This document shows, one piece after another, positions 9,128 through 17,207 of a stretch of DNA of 35,241 nt. The notes beneath the pieces were generated by a model, which saw nothing but the letters and a program-made list of their open reading frames with translations, was not told the origin of the DNA and ran no database searches. The stretch lies in assembly GCA_902482895.1 (NCBI GenBank), contig CABTAV010000001.1, positions 1 through 35,241 on the forward strand. Reading direction: 5' to 3'. Each line of letters opens with the position of its first letter. The first letter of the stretch is position 1. Origin of the DNA: an uncultured Streptococcus sp. GTDB taxonomy: Bacteria; Bacillota; Bacilli; Lactobacillales; Streptococcaceae. The translations under genes were made by a program, and so were the position numbers.

Positions 9128-10372
9128 ATGAAACTATTCTTAAGACATCATTTATTTAGAATACTTACCTTATCAAGGTTTTTGAGCTCAAGTGGAGCTT
9201 ATATTTATAATCTGGTATTTATCGTTTATGCTGCGAGTCTACCCTTTAAAAATACAGCAGTATTTATGGCGAATATGATTACGATTTTACCTTTCCTATT
9301 TACTTTTTATGTTGGGATTAAGGCTGATCATACTCGGAATAAAGCAGGGACAATTATCTGGGTTGGTTGTGTGCAAAGTCTACTATTTCTTTTGATTGCT
9401 AGTGTGATTCATGACCAGAACTTCGTAACGTTTGCTTTTATCTGTATGGTTAATATCTGTTCGGATATTTTATCAGATTACACAGCAGGCCTTCGTATGC
9501 CGATTATCCAGCATAATATTTCAGAAGATAGGCTCTATGAAGCTTATTCCTTTACTCAGTTTGTTTCCTATTTATCAAATCTAGGAGGTCAAGCTTTAGG
9601 AGTGTGGTTACTCACAACCAGCCATCAAAATTTTTCATTTGTTGCGATTGTGAATGCTGGTTTCTTTTTACTATCTTCTCTCATTTTGTTCAAAAATAGA
9701 AGAGAATTGACGCATTTGTCTGTAACGGTAGAGAATGAGCCTATTAGTTTACTTCAACAAGTTAAGGCAATCTATGCGGACATGGATAATATATTTAGAC
9801 AGAGAGAAAGTAAATCATTGCTTAAAATTATCCTTGTCATTTTGGTAATGAATACTTTGGGAGGAGCTGTTGGAGGTATTTATCATTTTTACTTATTAGA
9901 CCATACTATCTATCATCTCAGCTATGCTCAAGCCCTATTTTTAATTGAATGTGTTAGTTTGGGAGGAGCTATTCTTGGTAGCCTAACTCCCCATGATTAT
10001 TTTGGGAAATGGTCTTTTTCAAGTTTGCTATCGCTCAATGCAATTCTGTTTGTCTTACTTGCTACTGCTAATATTTTAGATTTTTCTCCTCTAGTAGGTG
10101 TTGCTTGCTTAGCTTTTGTCATGTATTTGATGTCGAAATCAATGCCTAAATTAGATACTCTGTTATTGTCTAATTTGAGCGCGGATGTATTAGCTAGAAG
10201 TAATAATCTCTTGAGTATGATTTTTTCCCTAACATTACCCTTGGGGATGTCCATATTTTCTTTCTTAGCTTTACAAGATATCAGGCTTTGTTGGTGGGTC
10301 TTTTTGGTAGTGAGTGTGATAGGGTTGATTTTATCACTAGAAAAAAGAAGTTTTTCGGGTAAAAAATTTTAA
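9128..10372 (+). CDS. Major facilitator superfamily exporter
   Basis: 414 aa, about 12 hydrophobic segments, motif-A-like GIKADHTRNK after TM2; RBS GAAAGG. Confidence 0.8.
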   Translation: MKLFLRHHLFRILTLSRFLSSSGAYIYNLVFIVYAASLPFKNTAVFMANMITILPFLFTFYVGIKADHTRNKAGTIIWVGCVQSLLFLLIASVIHDQNFVTFAFICMVNICSDILSDYTAGLRMPIIQHNISEDRLYEAYSFTQFVSYLSNLGGQALGVWLLTTSHQNFSFVAIVNAGFFLLSSLILFKNRRELTHLSVTVENEPISLLQQVKAIYADMDNIFRQRESKSLLKIILVILVMNTLGGAVGGIYHFYLLDHTIYHLSYAQALFLIECVSLGGAILGSLTPHDYFGKWSFSSLLSLNAILFVLLATANILDFSPLVGVACLAFVMYLMSKSMPKLDTLLLSNLSADVLARSNNLLSMIFSLTLPLGMSIFSFLALQDIRLCWWVFLVVSVIGLILSLEKRSFSGKKF

Positions 10373-10393
10373 CCTAGGAAAATCAGGCTTACT

Positions 10394-10631
10394 AGAAGGT
10401 CTTCCAGATTTGATCCGTGTGACAACTGTGACCTTGATTTCCCTTGTTGGGGAAACGGCTATGGCTGGTGCGGTTGGAGCTGGTGGTATCGGTAACGTAG
10501 CCATCGCTTATGGATTTAACCGCTACAATCACGATGTGACCATTTTGGCAACCATTATTATCATTTTGATTATCTTTGCAATCCAATTCTTGGGAGACTT
10601 CTTGACTAAAAAATTGAGTCATAAATAAAAA
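10394..10631 (+). repeat. 238-bp direct repeat, copy 2: orphan 3' fragment of metP
   Basis: Encodes the identical C-terminal peptide (...IRVTTVTL...TKKLSHK*) but lacks the 5' two-thirds of the gene. Confidence 0.95.
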
Positions 10632-10651
10632 AGAGCCGTGCGGCTCTTTTT
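10627..10651. terminator. Bidirectional intrinsic terminator (probably the native met operon terminator)
   Basis: AAAAAAGAGCCG-TG-CGGCTCTTTTT between convergent genes. Confidence 0.85.
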
Positions 10652-10657
10652 AAGTAA

Positions 10658-11227
10658 TCAGATTTTCTGTGCCAATTTTTTACTCAAGGCTTGTCCAATC
10701 AAGGCACCCACTAGGGCTCCGATGACAATACTTGCGATAAATAGAAGTACGGTTCCAGGATTTGGCGCGACCATAATACGGTCGATATATTCTTGCGATT
10801 TTCCTCTTGCCAGAAGAGTAGCCATATAGGTTTTGGGAGCAATCCACATGAGTAGAATTGGTCCAGATGTGCTAAAAGCGAAAATAACGAAAGAAAGGAA
10901 ATTCTTAGTTTGGTCCTTATATTTTCCGAGGTTAGCTACTCCATCTGCTAGGAGGCCACAGATAATTCCAGGAAGGAAGGCACCAGCACCGTGTTTAGAT
11001 CCCAAGAAAAAGAGGGCCATTACAAGGCCGATAGTGGTAATGGCTCCAAAGCGCGGGACTTTTGCGACCAGAATCATATAGACGCTACCGCCGACAAGGG
11101 CAGTAAAGGCAGGCGCATAAAACATATTTCCAGTTTGGTCAAAGAGATTGCCCAAAAGGACACCAATCCCCATGCAGAGGAAGTAAAGAACTGCAAAAAG
11201 AAGTGTAGTTAAGATAGATTTTTTCAT
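10658..11227 (-). CDS. MptD-family putative ECF transporter S-component
   Basis: 189 aa multi-TM protein, KVPRFGA motif; start at MKKSIL behind RBS AGGAG. Confidence 0.7.
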   Translation of the reverse strand: MKKSILTTLLFAVLYFLCMGIGVLLGNLFDQTGNMFYAPAFTALVGGSVYMILVAKVPRFGAITTIGLVMALFFLGSKHGAGAFLPGIICGLLADGVANLGKYKDQTKNFLSFVIFAFSTSGPILLMWIAPKTYMATLLARGKSQEYIDRIMVAPNPGTVLLFIASIVIGALVGALIGQALSKKLAQKI

Positions 11228-11306
11228 GAATTGTCTCCTGATAATTTTTTCACAATTCTCATTGTACCACGGTTTGATGGGATTGTAAATGGGCACTAGA
11301 ATTTTT

Positions 11307-11332
11307 TGAAAACGCTTGAAATATGATATAAT
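11307..11332 (+). promoter_or_regulatory. Extended -10 promoter with possible overlapping cre (CcpA) site
   Basis: TGaTATAAT at 11324-11332; TGAAAACGCTTGAA (11307-11320) is a partial cre match. Confidence 0.45.
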
Positions 11333-11361
11333 AGTTTCATAGTTATTTTTAGGAGGATATC

Positions 11362-11976
11362 ATGGGGAGATTTTTAGACTTTGTCTTTAATCGTTTCTTT
11401 TTAGGGATGATTGCGACAGCCTTCTTTTGGCTATTAACTTTAGCAGGAGGGATTATCCTTGGTCTAGCGCCGGCTAGCGCCACCTTGATGAGCCTATATG
11501 CAGAACATGGTTATAGCTTTCGGGAATACAGTTTGAAGGAGGCGTGGTCTCTTTATAAGCAAAATTTTGTCTCAAGCAACCTGATTTTCTATAGCTTTTT
11601 AGGAGTGGATTTGATTTTGGTCTATGGCTTGTATCTCTTGGTGCAATTGCCTCATCAGACTATTATTCATTTGATTGCGACCTTTTTGAATGTTCTAGTA
11701 GTTGCCCTGCTGTTTTTGGCTTATACAGTATCTTTGAAATTACAAGTTTATTTTGATTTGTCCTATCGAAATAGTCTCAAACTATCCTTGATTGGCATCT
11801 TTATGAGTCTAGCAGCTGTGGCCAAGGTTCTCCTTGGGACAGTGCTACTTGTGGCAATTGGTTACTATATGCCTGCTCTTCTCTTCTTTGTAGGAATTGG
11901 GATGTGGCATTTCTTTATCAGTGATATGTTGGAACCGGTCTATGAAAGTATCCATGAAAAATTGGCGACAAAATAG
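11362..11976 (+). CDS. YesL/DUF624 family membrane protein
   Basis: LAGGIILGLAPA motif, multi-TM, precedes a YesMN-type two-component system. Confidence 0.8.
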   Translation: MGRFLDFVFNRFFLGMIATAFFWLLTLAGGIILGLAPASATLMSLYAEHGYSFREYSLKEAWSLYKQNFVSSNLIFYSFLGVDLILVYGLYLLVQLPHQTIIHLIATFLNVLVVALLFLAYTVSLKLQVYFDLSYRNSLKLSLIGIFMSLAAVAKVLLGTVLLVAIGYYMPALLFFVGIGMWHFFISDMLEPVYESIHEKLATK

Positions 11977-11977
11977 A

Positions 11978-13624
11978 ATGAAGCAGTTTTGGCTACATAC
12001 GCTTCTGAGAACCTACAGTTCAGTTATGATGATTATTATTGCGAGTTTTGCAATCTTACTCTCCTATGCTGACTGGGATTCACGGGAAAAGGAAGCTCAG
12101 AGAGTAGCTCAGCGTGTAACCACTCGAACAGTCGAAGAGGTAGAATATTATTATCGCGAGTCAGCCCAGCTAGCGCAAGATTTAGTAGCCAATCAAGACC
12201 GGATACAAGGGGTTTATAAGTACTTTAGCCTGTCAACTTCTGAGTATTTTTATTGGCTGTTGGAGCATCAAGCAGCTTCGTCAACTTCTATTTCTCTGTA
12301 TGAAAATATTGATGATCTTTATGTTCAAAATGACTATATAACGGGTGTTGCAATCGTCTTACAGGACTTTAAAGAAGTTTATGTTTCGAGCAGAAATGAG
12401 AGAGGCGGTCATTCGGTACTTGCGGAAGGCTTTAAACCAGAGGCCAATAGTTTTGGAGTTCCTATTTTAGATCCAGCGACGGATCAATCTATAGGGGTTG
12501 TTTATATCTCCTTGGATCCAGAAATCTTATACCATGCTGTAGACAATACCCGAGGTCATATCCCGATGGCTGTGACTGTGACATCGCCTTTTGATACGGA
12601 GATTTTTCATATTGGTGAGAGGGTCAATAGGAAGCATGAGAACTGGTTTGTCGGTGTGACCTCTCATGGCTATCAGGTTCAGGTGGCAGTTCCCAAAAAC
12701 TTTGTTTTACAAGGAACAGTGACTAGCTCTGCTTTGATTGTGGGCTTGAGCCTTCTCTTTATTGTCATTCTCTATCTGACTTTGAGGCAGACCTTTGCCA
12801 ACTATCAAAAGCAGGTAGTGGATTTGGTGGATTCCATTCAAGCTATTGCCCAAGGAGAAGAAGGTCTTCGCATCGATACGCTTGAAAAGGATCAGGAATT
12901 GCTCTTAATAGCGGAGACGACCAATGATATGTTGGATCGATTGGAAAAGAATATCCATGATATTTATCAGTTGGAGCTTAGTCAAAAAGATGCCAATATG
13001 CGAGCCCTGCAGGCGCAAATCAATCCTCATTTTATGTACAATACGCTGGAGTTCTTGCGTATGTACGCAGTCATGCAGAGTCAAGATGAGTTAGCAGATA
13101 TCATTTATGAGTTCAGTAGTCTCTTGCGTAACAATATTTCTGACGAAAGAGAAACTCTTCTCAAACAGGAATTAGAATTTTGCCGTAAATATAGCTATCT
13201 CTGCATGGTTCGCTATCCCAAGTCCATTGCCTATGGTTTCAAGATAGATCCAGAGTTAGAGAATATGAAAATTCCTAAGTTTACCTTGCAACCGCTGGTA
13301 GAAAATTATTTCGCGCATGGTGTTGACCATAGACGGACAGATAATGTGATTAGCATCAAGGCGCTTAAACGAGATGGTTTTGTGGAAATTTTAGTAGTAG
13401 ATAATGGTCGTGGTATGTCGTCTGAAAAGCTGGCAAATCTCCTAGAAAAATTAAGTCAGAGACATTTTGAACACCAAATTAGCTACAGTGCCCAAAGGCA
13501 GTCTATCGGGATTGCCAATGTACACGAGCGTTTTGTGCTCTATTTTGGGGACCGCTATGCCATTAGTGTAGATTCTGCAGAGCAAGCAGGTGTTCAGTAT
13601 CGTATTACAATTCAGGATGAGTAG
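11978..13624 (+). CDS. yesM: YesM-family sensor histidine kinase (pneumococcal HK07-like)
   Basis: Two TM segments, HAMP, H-box LQAQINPHFMYNTL, LQPLVEN, DNGRGM; start placed at ATG 11978 just after the upstream stop. Confidence 0.88.
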   Translation: MKQFWLHTLLRTYSSVMMIIIASFAILLSYADWDSREKEAQRVAQRVTTRTVEEVEYYYRESAQLAQDLVANQDRIQGVYKYFSLSTSEYFYWLLEHQAASSTSISLYENIDDLYVQNDYITGVAIVLQDFKEVYVSSRNERGGHSVLAEGFKPEANSFGVPILDPATDQSIGVVYISLDPEILYHAVDNTRGHIPMAVTVTSPFDTEIFHIGERVNRKHENWFVGVTSHGYQVQVAVPKNFVLQGTVTSSALIVGLSLLFIVILYLTLRQTFANYQKQVVDLVDSIQAIAQGEEGLRIDTLEKDQELLLIAETTNDMLDRLEKNIHDIYQLELSQKDANMRALQAQINPHFMYNTLEFLRMYAVMQSQDELADIIYEFSSLLRNNISDERETLLKQELEFCRKYSYLCMVRYPKSIAYGFKIDPELENMKIPKFTLQPLVENYFAHGVDHRRTDNVISIKALKRDGFVEILVVDNGRGMSSEKLANLLEKLSQRHFEHQISYSAQRQSIGIANVHERFVLYFGDRYAISVDSAEQAGVQYRITIQDE

Positions 13625-13635
13625 AAAGGGAGAAA

Positions 13636-14922
13636 ATGTGTAAAGTATTATTAGTAGATGATGAGTACATGGTGACAGAAGGTCTGAAACGTTTGATCCC
13701 CTTTGATAAGTGGGATATGGAGGTTGTCGCAACAGCCAGTCATGCCGATGAAGCCCTAGAATATGTTCAGAACAATCCCGTCGATGTCATTATTTCAGAT
13801 GTCAATATGCCCGACAAAACAGGGCTTGATATGATTCGGGAGATGAAAGAAATCTTACCAGATGCTGCCTATATCCTGCTGTCAGGTTATCAGGAGTTTG
13901 ATTACGTAAAAAGAGCAATGAACCTTAGTGTGGTGGACTATTTGGTCAAGCCTGTTGATAAGGTAGAGTTAGGAAATCTGCTGGAGAAGATTGCAGGTCA
14001 GCTTGGAGAGAGAAGAAAGAAAAGTCAGACTCTCAGTCAAGATTTAGACGAGGCTGGATTTGTCAGTTATCTAGGAGGTAAGGAGAATTGGTGGATAGGT
14101 CTATCCAAGGAAAAGCAAGGTTCCTTCACCATTCCCTACTATGTCTTGGGTCAAGACTGGCAGATTTTCATTTCTGACCAACCCCTAGATGGTTTAGTCG
14201 TTACTCCCTTTGAAGCCCCTTATCAAGAACACTTTGAACGTTGGAAGCTGAATGCTGAGAAAGCCCTCTTTTACGGATCTGTAAATCTGCAGCAGTCGGA
14301 GAGCCTCTTTGCCTACTATGAACCGATTTATAGGGTTATCATTCAGGGGAATCTCAATCAAATCGTGGAAGAGTTAAACCTTTTGGAGAAGGTAGTTCTT
14401 GAAAATACGCCGCGTGTTCCGATTACCAAACAGCTTTTTATTCAGTTTGTCATGGATGTCTTCCACTTGTTTGAACACCTAAAAGCTGATGATATGACGG
14501 ACATTGTCAAAACCATTCATGCTATTCAATCCTTTGATGAATTGGTTCCTTATATCAAGGAAACTCTGACCCGATTCTTTGGACAATATCGGATGAATGA
14601 AAATGTGGTCAGTGTGCTGGAAGTTATTGGGCGTGATTATCAGAAAGAACTTTCGATCAAGGATATCAGTAAGGATCTTTTTATCAATCCTGTCTATCTA
14701 GGTCAGTTGATTAAGCGAGAAACCAATTCTACCTTCGCAGAATTACTAAACAAACAACGTATTAAGGCTGCCCAGCAACTCTTGCTTTCTACTAGTGACA
14801 GTATCGAAGATATTTGTTATGCGGTTGGTTACAGTAACGTTGGATATTTCTATAAAGTGTTCCGAAAATTGTGCGGAAAGTCTCCCAAAGCCTACCGAAA
14901 ACAGGTAGAAACGACACTATAA
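13636..14922 (+). CDS. yesN: YesN-family response regulator with AraC HTH (RR07-like)
   Basis: Receiver domain (LLVDDE, SDVNMP, YLVKP) plus C-terminal AraC (VGYSNVGYFYKVFRK...SPKAYR). Confidence 0.9.
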   Translation: MCKVLLVDDEYMVTEGLKRLIPFDKWDMEVVATASHADEALEYVQNNPVDVIISDVNMPDKTGLDMIREMKEILPDAAYILLSGYQEFDYVKRAMNLSVVDYLVKPVDKVELGNLLEKIAGQLGERRKKSQTLSQDLDEAGFVSYLGGKENWWIGLSKEKQGSFTIPYYVLGQDWQIFISDQPLDGLVVTPFEAPYQEHFERWKLNAEKALFYGSVNLQQSESLFAYYEPIYRVIIQGNLNQIVEELNLLEKVVLENTPRVPITKQLFIQFVMDVFHLFEHLKADDMTDIVKTIHAIQSFDELVPYIKETLTRFFGQYRMNENVVSVLEVIGRDYQKELSIKDISKDLFINPVYLGQLIKRETNSTFAELLNKQRIKAAQQLLLSTSDSIEDICYAVGYSNVGYFYKVFRKLCGKSPKAYRKQVETTL

Positions 14923-14925
14923 TAT

Positions 14926-14954
14926 TTGTATCCCTTTACAAAAAGTGCTATAAT
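14926..14954 (+). promoter_or_regulatory. Sigma-A promoter
   Basis: TTGTAT-17-TATAAT with TG extension. Confidence 0.7.
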
Positions 14955-14982
14955 ATCAATAATAACATCAGGAGGTTCTATC

Positions 14983-15516
14983 ATGAAAAAGAAACCAATT
15001 TATCTATGGGTCTTGCTCATCTTGTCTGCCCTTATTTCAGCTACGTCTCTGTTTGAACTTTTGAAGCCCTTGCCTAGTAAAGAAGTCCTTCGTGCTGCTC
15101 AAAAACAAGTTGCAGGGGTCAGTGCTCAGCAATTAGAAGACCAGCTTAATTACAACTATGGAGTAGCAGAAGCATATCATTCTATTTTTAATGTTGCTTT
15201 GATTGTGCTATCTGTTATTTTAGTGGTAGTAGCCATTGTCTTCCTTATTCGTAAGAATTTACAATATGCAAACTATACTTACGTTGGCTATGTTTTGTTA
15301 GCTATTATCGGTTCGATTTATGGTTATGTTGGTTTACAGGACGCTGTGCAGTTGGTTCAAGATGAGAGCATGCGTTTGACAATGAGTATTGGTTCAAAAG
15401 CTGTCAGCATTTTCTATATCGTCATCAATGTTCTCTTCCTAGCCCTTGTCTTCTACAAGATATGGCGTCAGCAAAAAGCCTTGGCTGAAGAAGAGGAAAC
15501 AGAAGATCTTGCCTAA
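14983..15516 (+). CDS. Hypothetical membrane protein (4 TM)
   Basis: 177 aa, RBS AGGAGG, own promoter. Confidence 0.8.
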   Translation: MKKKPIYLWVLLILSALISATSLFELLKPLPSKEVLRAAQKQVAGVSAQQLEDQLNYNYGVAEAYHSIFNVALIVLSVILVVVAIVFLIRKNLQYANYTYVGYVLLAIIGSIYGYVGLQDAVQLVQDESMRLTMSIGSKAVSIFYIVINVLFLALVFYKIWRQQKALAEEEETEDLA

Positions 15517-15519
15517 GTA

Positions 15520-15564
15520 TTGACAAAAAATAACTATCAAGTTACAATCTTGGTAGTTATTTTT
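15520..15564 (+). promoter_or_regulatory. nrdI promoter embedded in a terminator-like inverted repeat
   Basis: TTGACA(15520)-17-TACAAT(15543); arms AAAAATAACTATCAAG (15526-15541) and CTTGGTAGTTATTTTT (15549-15564). Confidence 0.7.
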
Positions 15565-15593
15565 CGATTATACATAAAATCATGGAGGTACAT

Positions 15594-16058
15594 ATGAAGA
15601 CAATTTCTTTAGTTTATATTAGTCTGAGTGGCAACACTGAAAGTTTTGTGACACGCTTGAAAGACTATCTCTTATCCCAGTACGAGGGAATTGAGGTTCA
15701 AAAGATTCATATCAAGAATTTGGTCAAAGAAGGCCAAGATTTCTATGAAATGGACCATCCCTATGTCGCTTTTTTGCCAACCTACCTAGAAGGTGGGAAT
15801 GGCGTGGATAACGGAGATGTTGAGATATTGACGACACCCGTTGGGGATTTTATCGCCTATGGAGACAATGCTAGTAAGTGTTTTGGTGTGGTTGGTTCAG
15901 GAAATCGTAACTTTAATAACCAATACTGCCTGACAGCTAAGCAATACAGTCAACGTTTTGGTTTCCCTGTATTGGCCGATTTTGAAATGCGAGGCATGCT
16001 GGGAGATATCAAACGTGTCGCAGCGATTATTGCAGATTTGTATGAGTTGGAAAGTTGA
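15594..16058 (+). CDS. nrdI: NrdI-family flavodoxin (class Ib ribonucleotide reductase accessory type)
   Basis: YISLSGNTESFV, PTY and GSGNRNF motifs; RBS GGAGG before ATG 15594. Confidence 0.88.
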   Translation: MKTISLVYISLSGNTESFVTRLKDYLLSQYEGIEVQKIHIKNLVKEGQDFYEMDHPYVAFLPTYLEGGNGVDNGDVEILTTPVGDFIAYGDNASKCFGVVGSGNRNFNNQYCLTAKQYSQRFGFPVLADFEMRGMLGDIKRVAAIIADLYELES

Positions 16059-16077
16059 GCTTAGGCTTGACTTTTTT
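16051..16077 (+). terminator. Terminator overlapping the nrdI stop
   Basis: AAAGTTGAGC-ttag-GCTTGACTTT plus T run. Confidence 0.55.
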
Positions 16078-16105
16078 ATTATTCCAAGTGATTTTATCAG
16101 TACTC

Positions 16106-16564
16106 TTACTTTCTATGATCCAAGATTTGATTGATATGGTCCACTTTTTTAGCTTCTCTTTTATAAAGAATAGCCCAAATGATGAGGTAGACAATCGCAA
16201 ACTCGATAATGAGCTGGAGATAGAAGATCCAGTGAAAAGGAAACCAACCTGCTAGGGTTGCTAATGGGACAAAGCCAGCCAGCATGAGGAAGAAATGAGT
16301 CAGAGTGGCACGAAGCATGCTCCAGTCACGGCTGAATAAGCGGTTGCCAAAGTTGAAGAGAATACCGATAGCTGCCCAGATAAGTGTGCAGTAGAGCAAG
16401 ACCAGGGCACCGTGAACCTGATGTTGAATCATCGCTTGGCCGACGAGAGATTCAGGGCTAAGTGGAGCGTAGGTATTTGGTGCATAAATGAGTGAAAAGA
16501 TGATAGAGAGGATGAGGCCGATGAGGACACCAGTAGCTGCGTCGTGGAAGATTTGTTTTTTCAT
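16106..16564 (-). CDS. DUF3021 membrane protein (LytTR regulatory system inhibitor type)
   Basis: Multi-TM, WSMLRATLTHF and LAGWF motifs; 4-bp overlap with the LytTR gene. Confidence 0.8.
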   Translation of the reverse strand: MKKQIFHDAATGVLIGLILSIIFSLIYAPNTYAPLSPESLVGQAMIQHQVHGALVLLYCTLIWAAIGILFNFGNRLFSRDWSMLRATLTHFFLMLAGFVPLATLAGWFPFHWIFYLQLIIEFAIVYLIIWAILYKREAKKVDHINQILDHRK

Positions 16565-17001
16565 AGTTCTAATTTCTCCTTGATGGTTTTTAGGTAACGG
16601 CGTGAAGAGTAGGTGAAACTTTCGTTTTTTAGAAAGATTTCTATCAGACCGTTGGGGGTAAGCTTGAGATGAGAGATAGAGTCTATATTGACGATTTCAG
16701 ATTGGGAAATTTGGATAAAATTGGTTGGCAAGAGTTCAAGTACCTGATAGAGTCGCAAATCAATGCTGTAGGTCTGACTCGCGGTTTCTGCTAGAACCTT
16801 CCGATTCTCGATATAGAAGCGTTGTATCTTACCAATTTTAACTAGATAGACCTGATCATCAATCTTTCCTTTGATTGTTTCTTTTTGGTCAAGATTTTCT
16901 GCGAACTCGATGACTTTCTGGACTTTATCTGTCGGATGAGGTGCTTGAACAATCAGTCTTTCCTCCTTGTAAGTCTCACTAATCTGTAGTTCTACTTTCA
17001 T
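16561..17001 (-). CDS. LytTR-domain transcriptional regulator lacking a receiver domain (BrsR/HdrR-like)
   Basis: 146 aa, FIQISQSEIVN and SSRRY motifs; RBS AAGGAG before ATG 17001. Confidence 0.88.
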   Translation of the reverse strand: MKVELQISETYKEERLIVQAPHPTDKVQKVIEFAENLDQKETIKGKIDDQVYLVKIGKIQRFYIENRKVLAETASQTYSIDLRLYQVLELLPTNFIQISQSEIVNIDSISHLKLTPNGLIEIFLKNESFTYSSRRYLKTIKEKLEL

Positions 17002-17055
17002 AAATTTCTCTCCTTGTTTTTCATACAAAATTGTGATCACTTCTTGTACACCTTT

Positions 17056-17123
17056 ATTAAACACTATTTTTCAGCCCCTTGCAAGGGACTTTGTCTATGT
17101 GGAGGGATTTGGTTCCTATGTGG
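17056..17123 (-). promoter_or_regulatory. LytTR direct-repeat operator and promoter
   Basis: Minus strand CCACATAGG-12bp-CCACATAGA (17123-17094), then TTGCAA-17-TTTAAT. Confidence 0.65.
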
Positions 17124-17151
17124 CGCTTGCTTTTCTGTCCTATCTGAAATA

Positions 17152-17160
17152 TGGTATAAT
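17152..17160 (+). promoter_or_regulatory. Extended -10 of hexB
   Basis: TGgTATAAT about 47 nt upstream of the start. Confidence 0.65.
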
Positions 17161-17207
17161 AGCACTAATCAATTTCTAGGAAAATAGATATAGAAAGGGG
17201 CTGAAAG

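Larger units (their letters stand above)
7949..10393. mobile_element. Integrase-free accessory islet (rgg + MFS) between duplicated metP 3' ends
   Basis: Visibly more AT-rich than its flanks; bounded by 238-bp direct repeats; no recombinase or transposase ORF. Confidence 0.65.

Noticed and set aside
10410..10628. 72-aa ORF as an independent gene
   Set aside because: It is the duplicated metP 3' fragment, with a TTG start and no convincing RBS or promoter
16055..16255. 66-aa ORF following nrdI
   Set aside because: Runs through the nrdI terminator and is antisense to the DUF3021 gene
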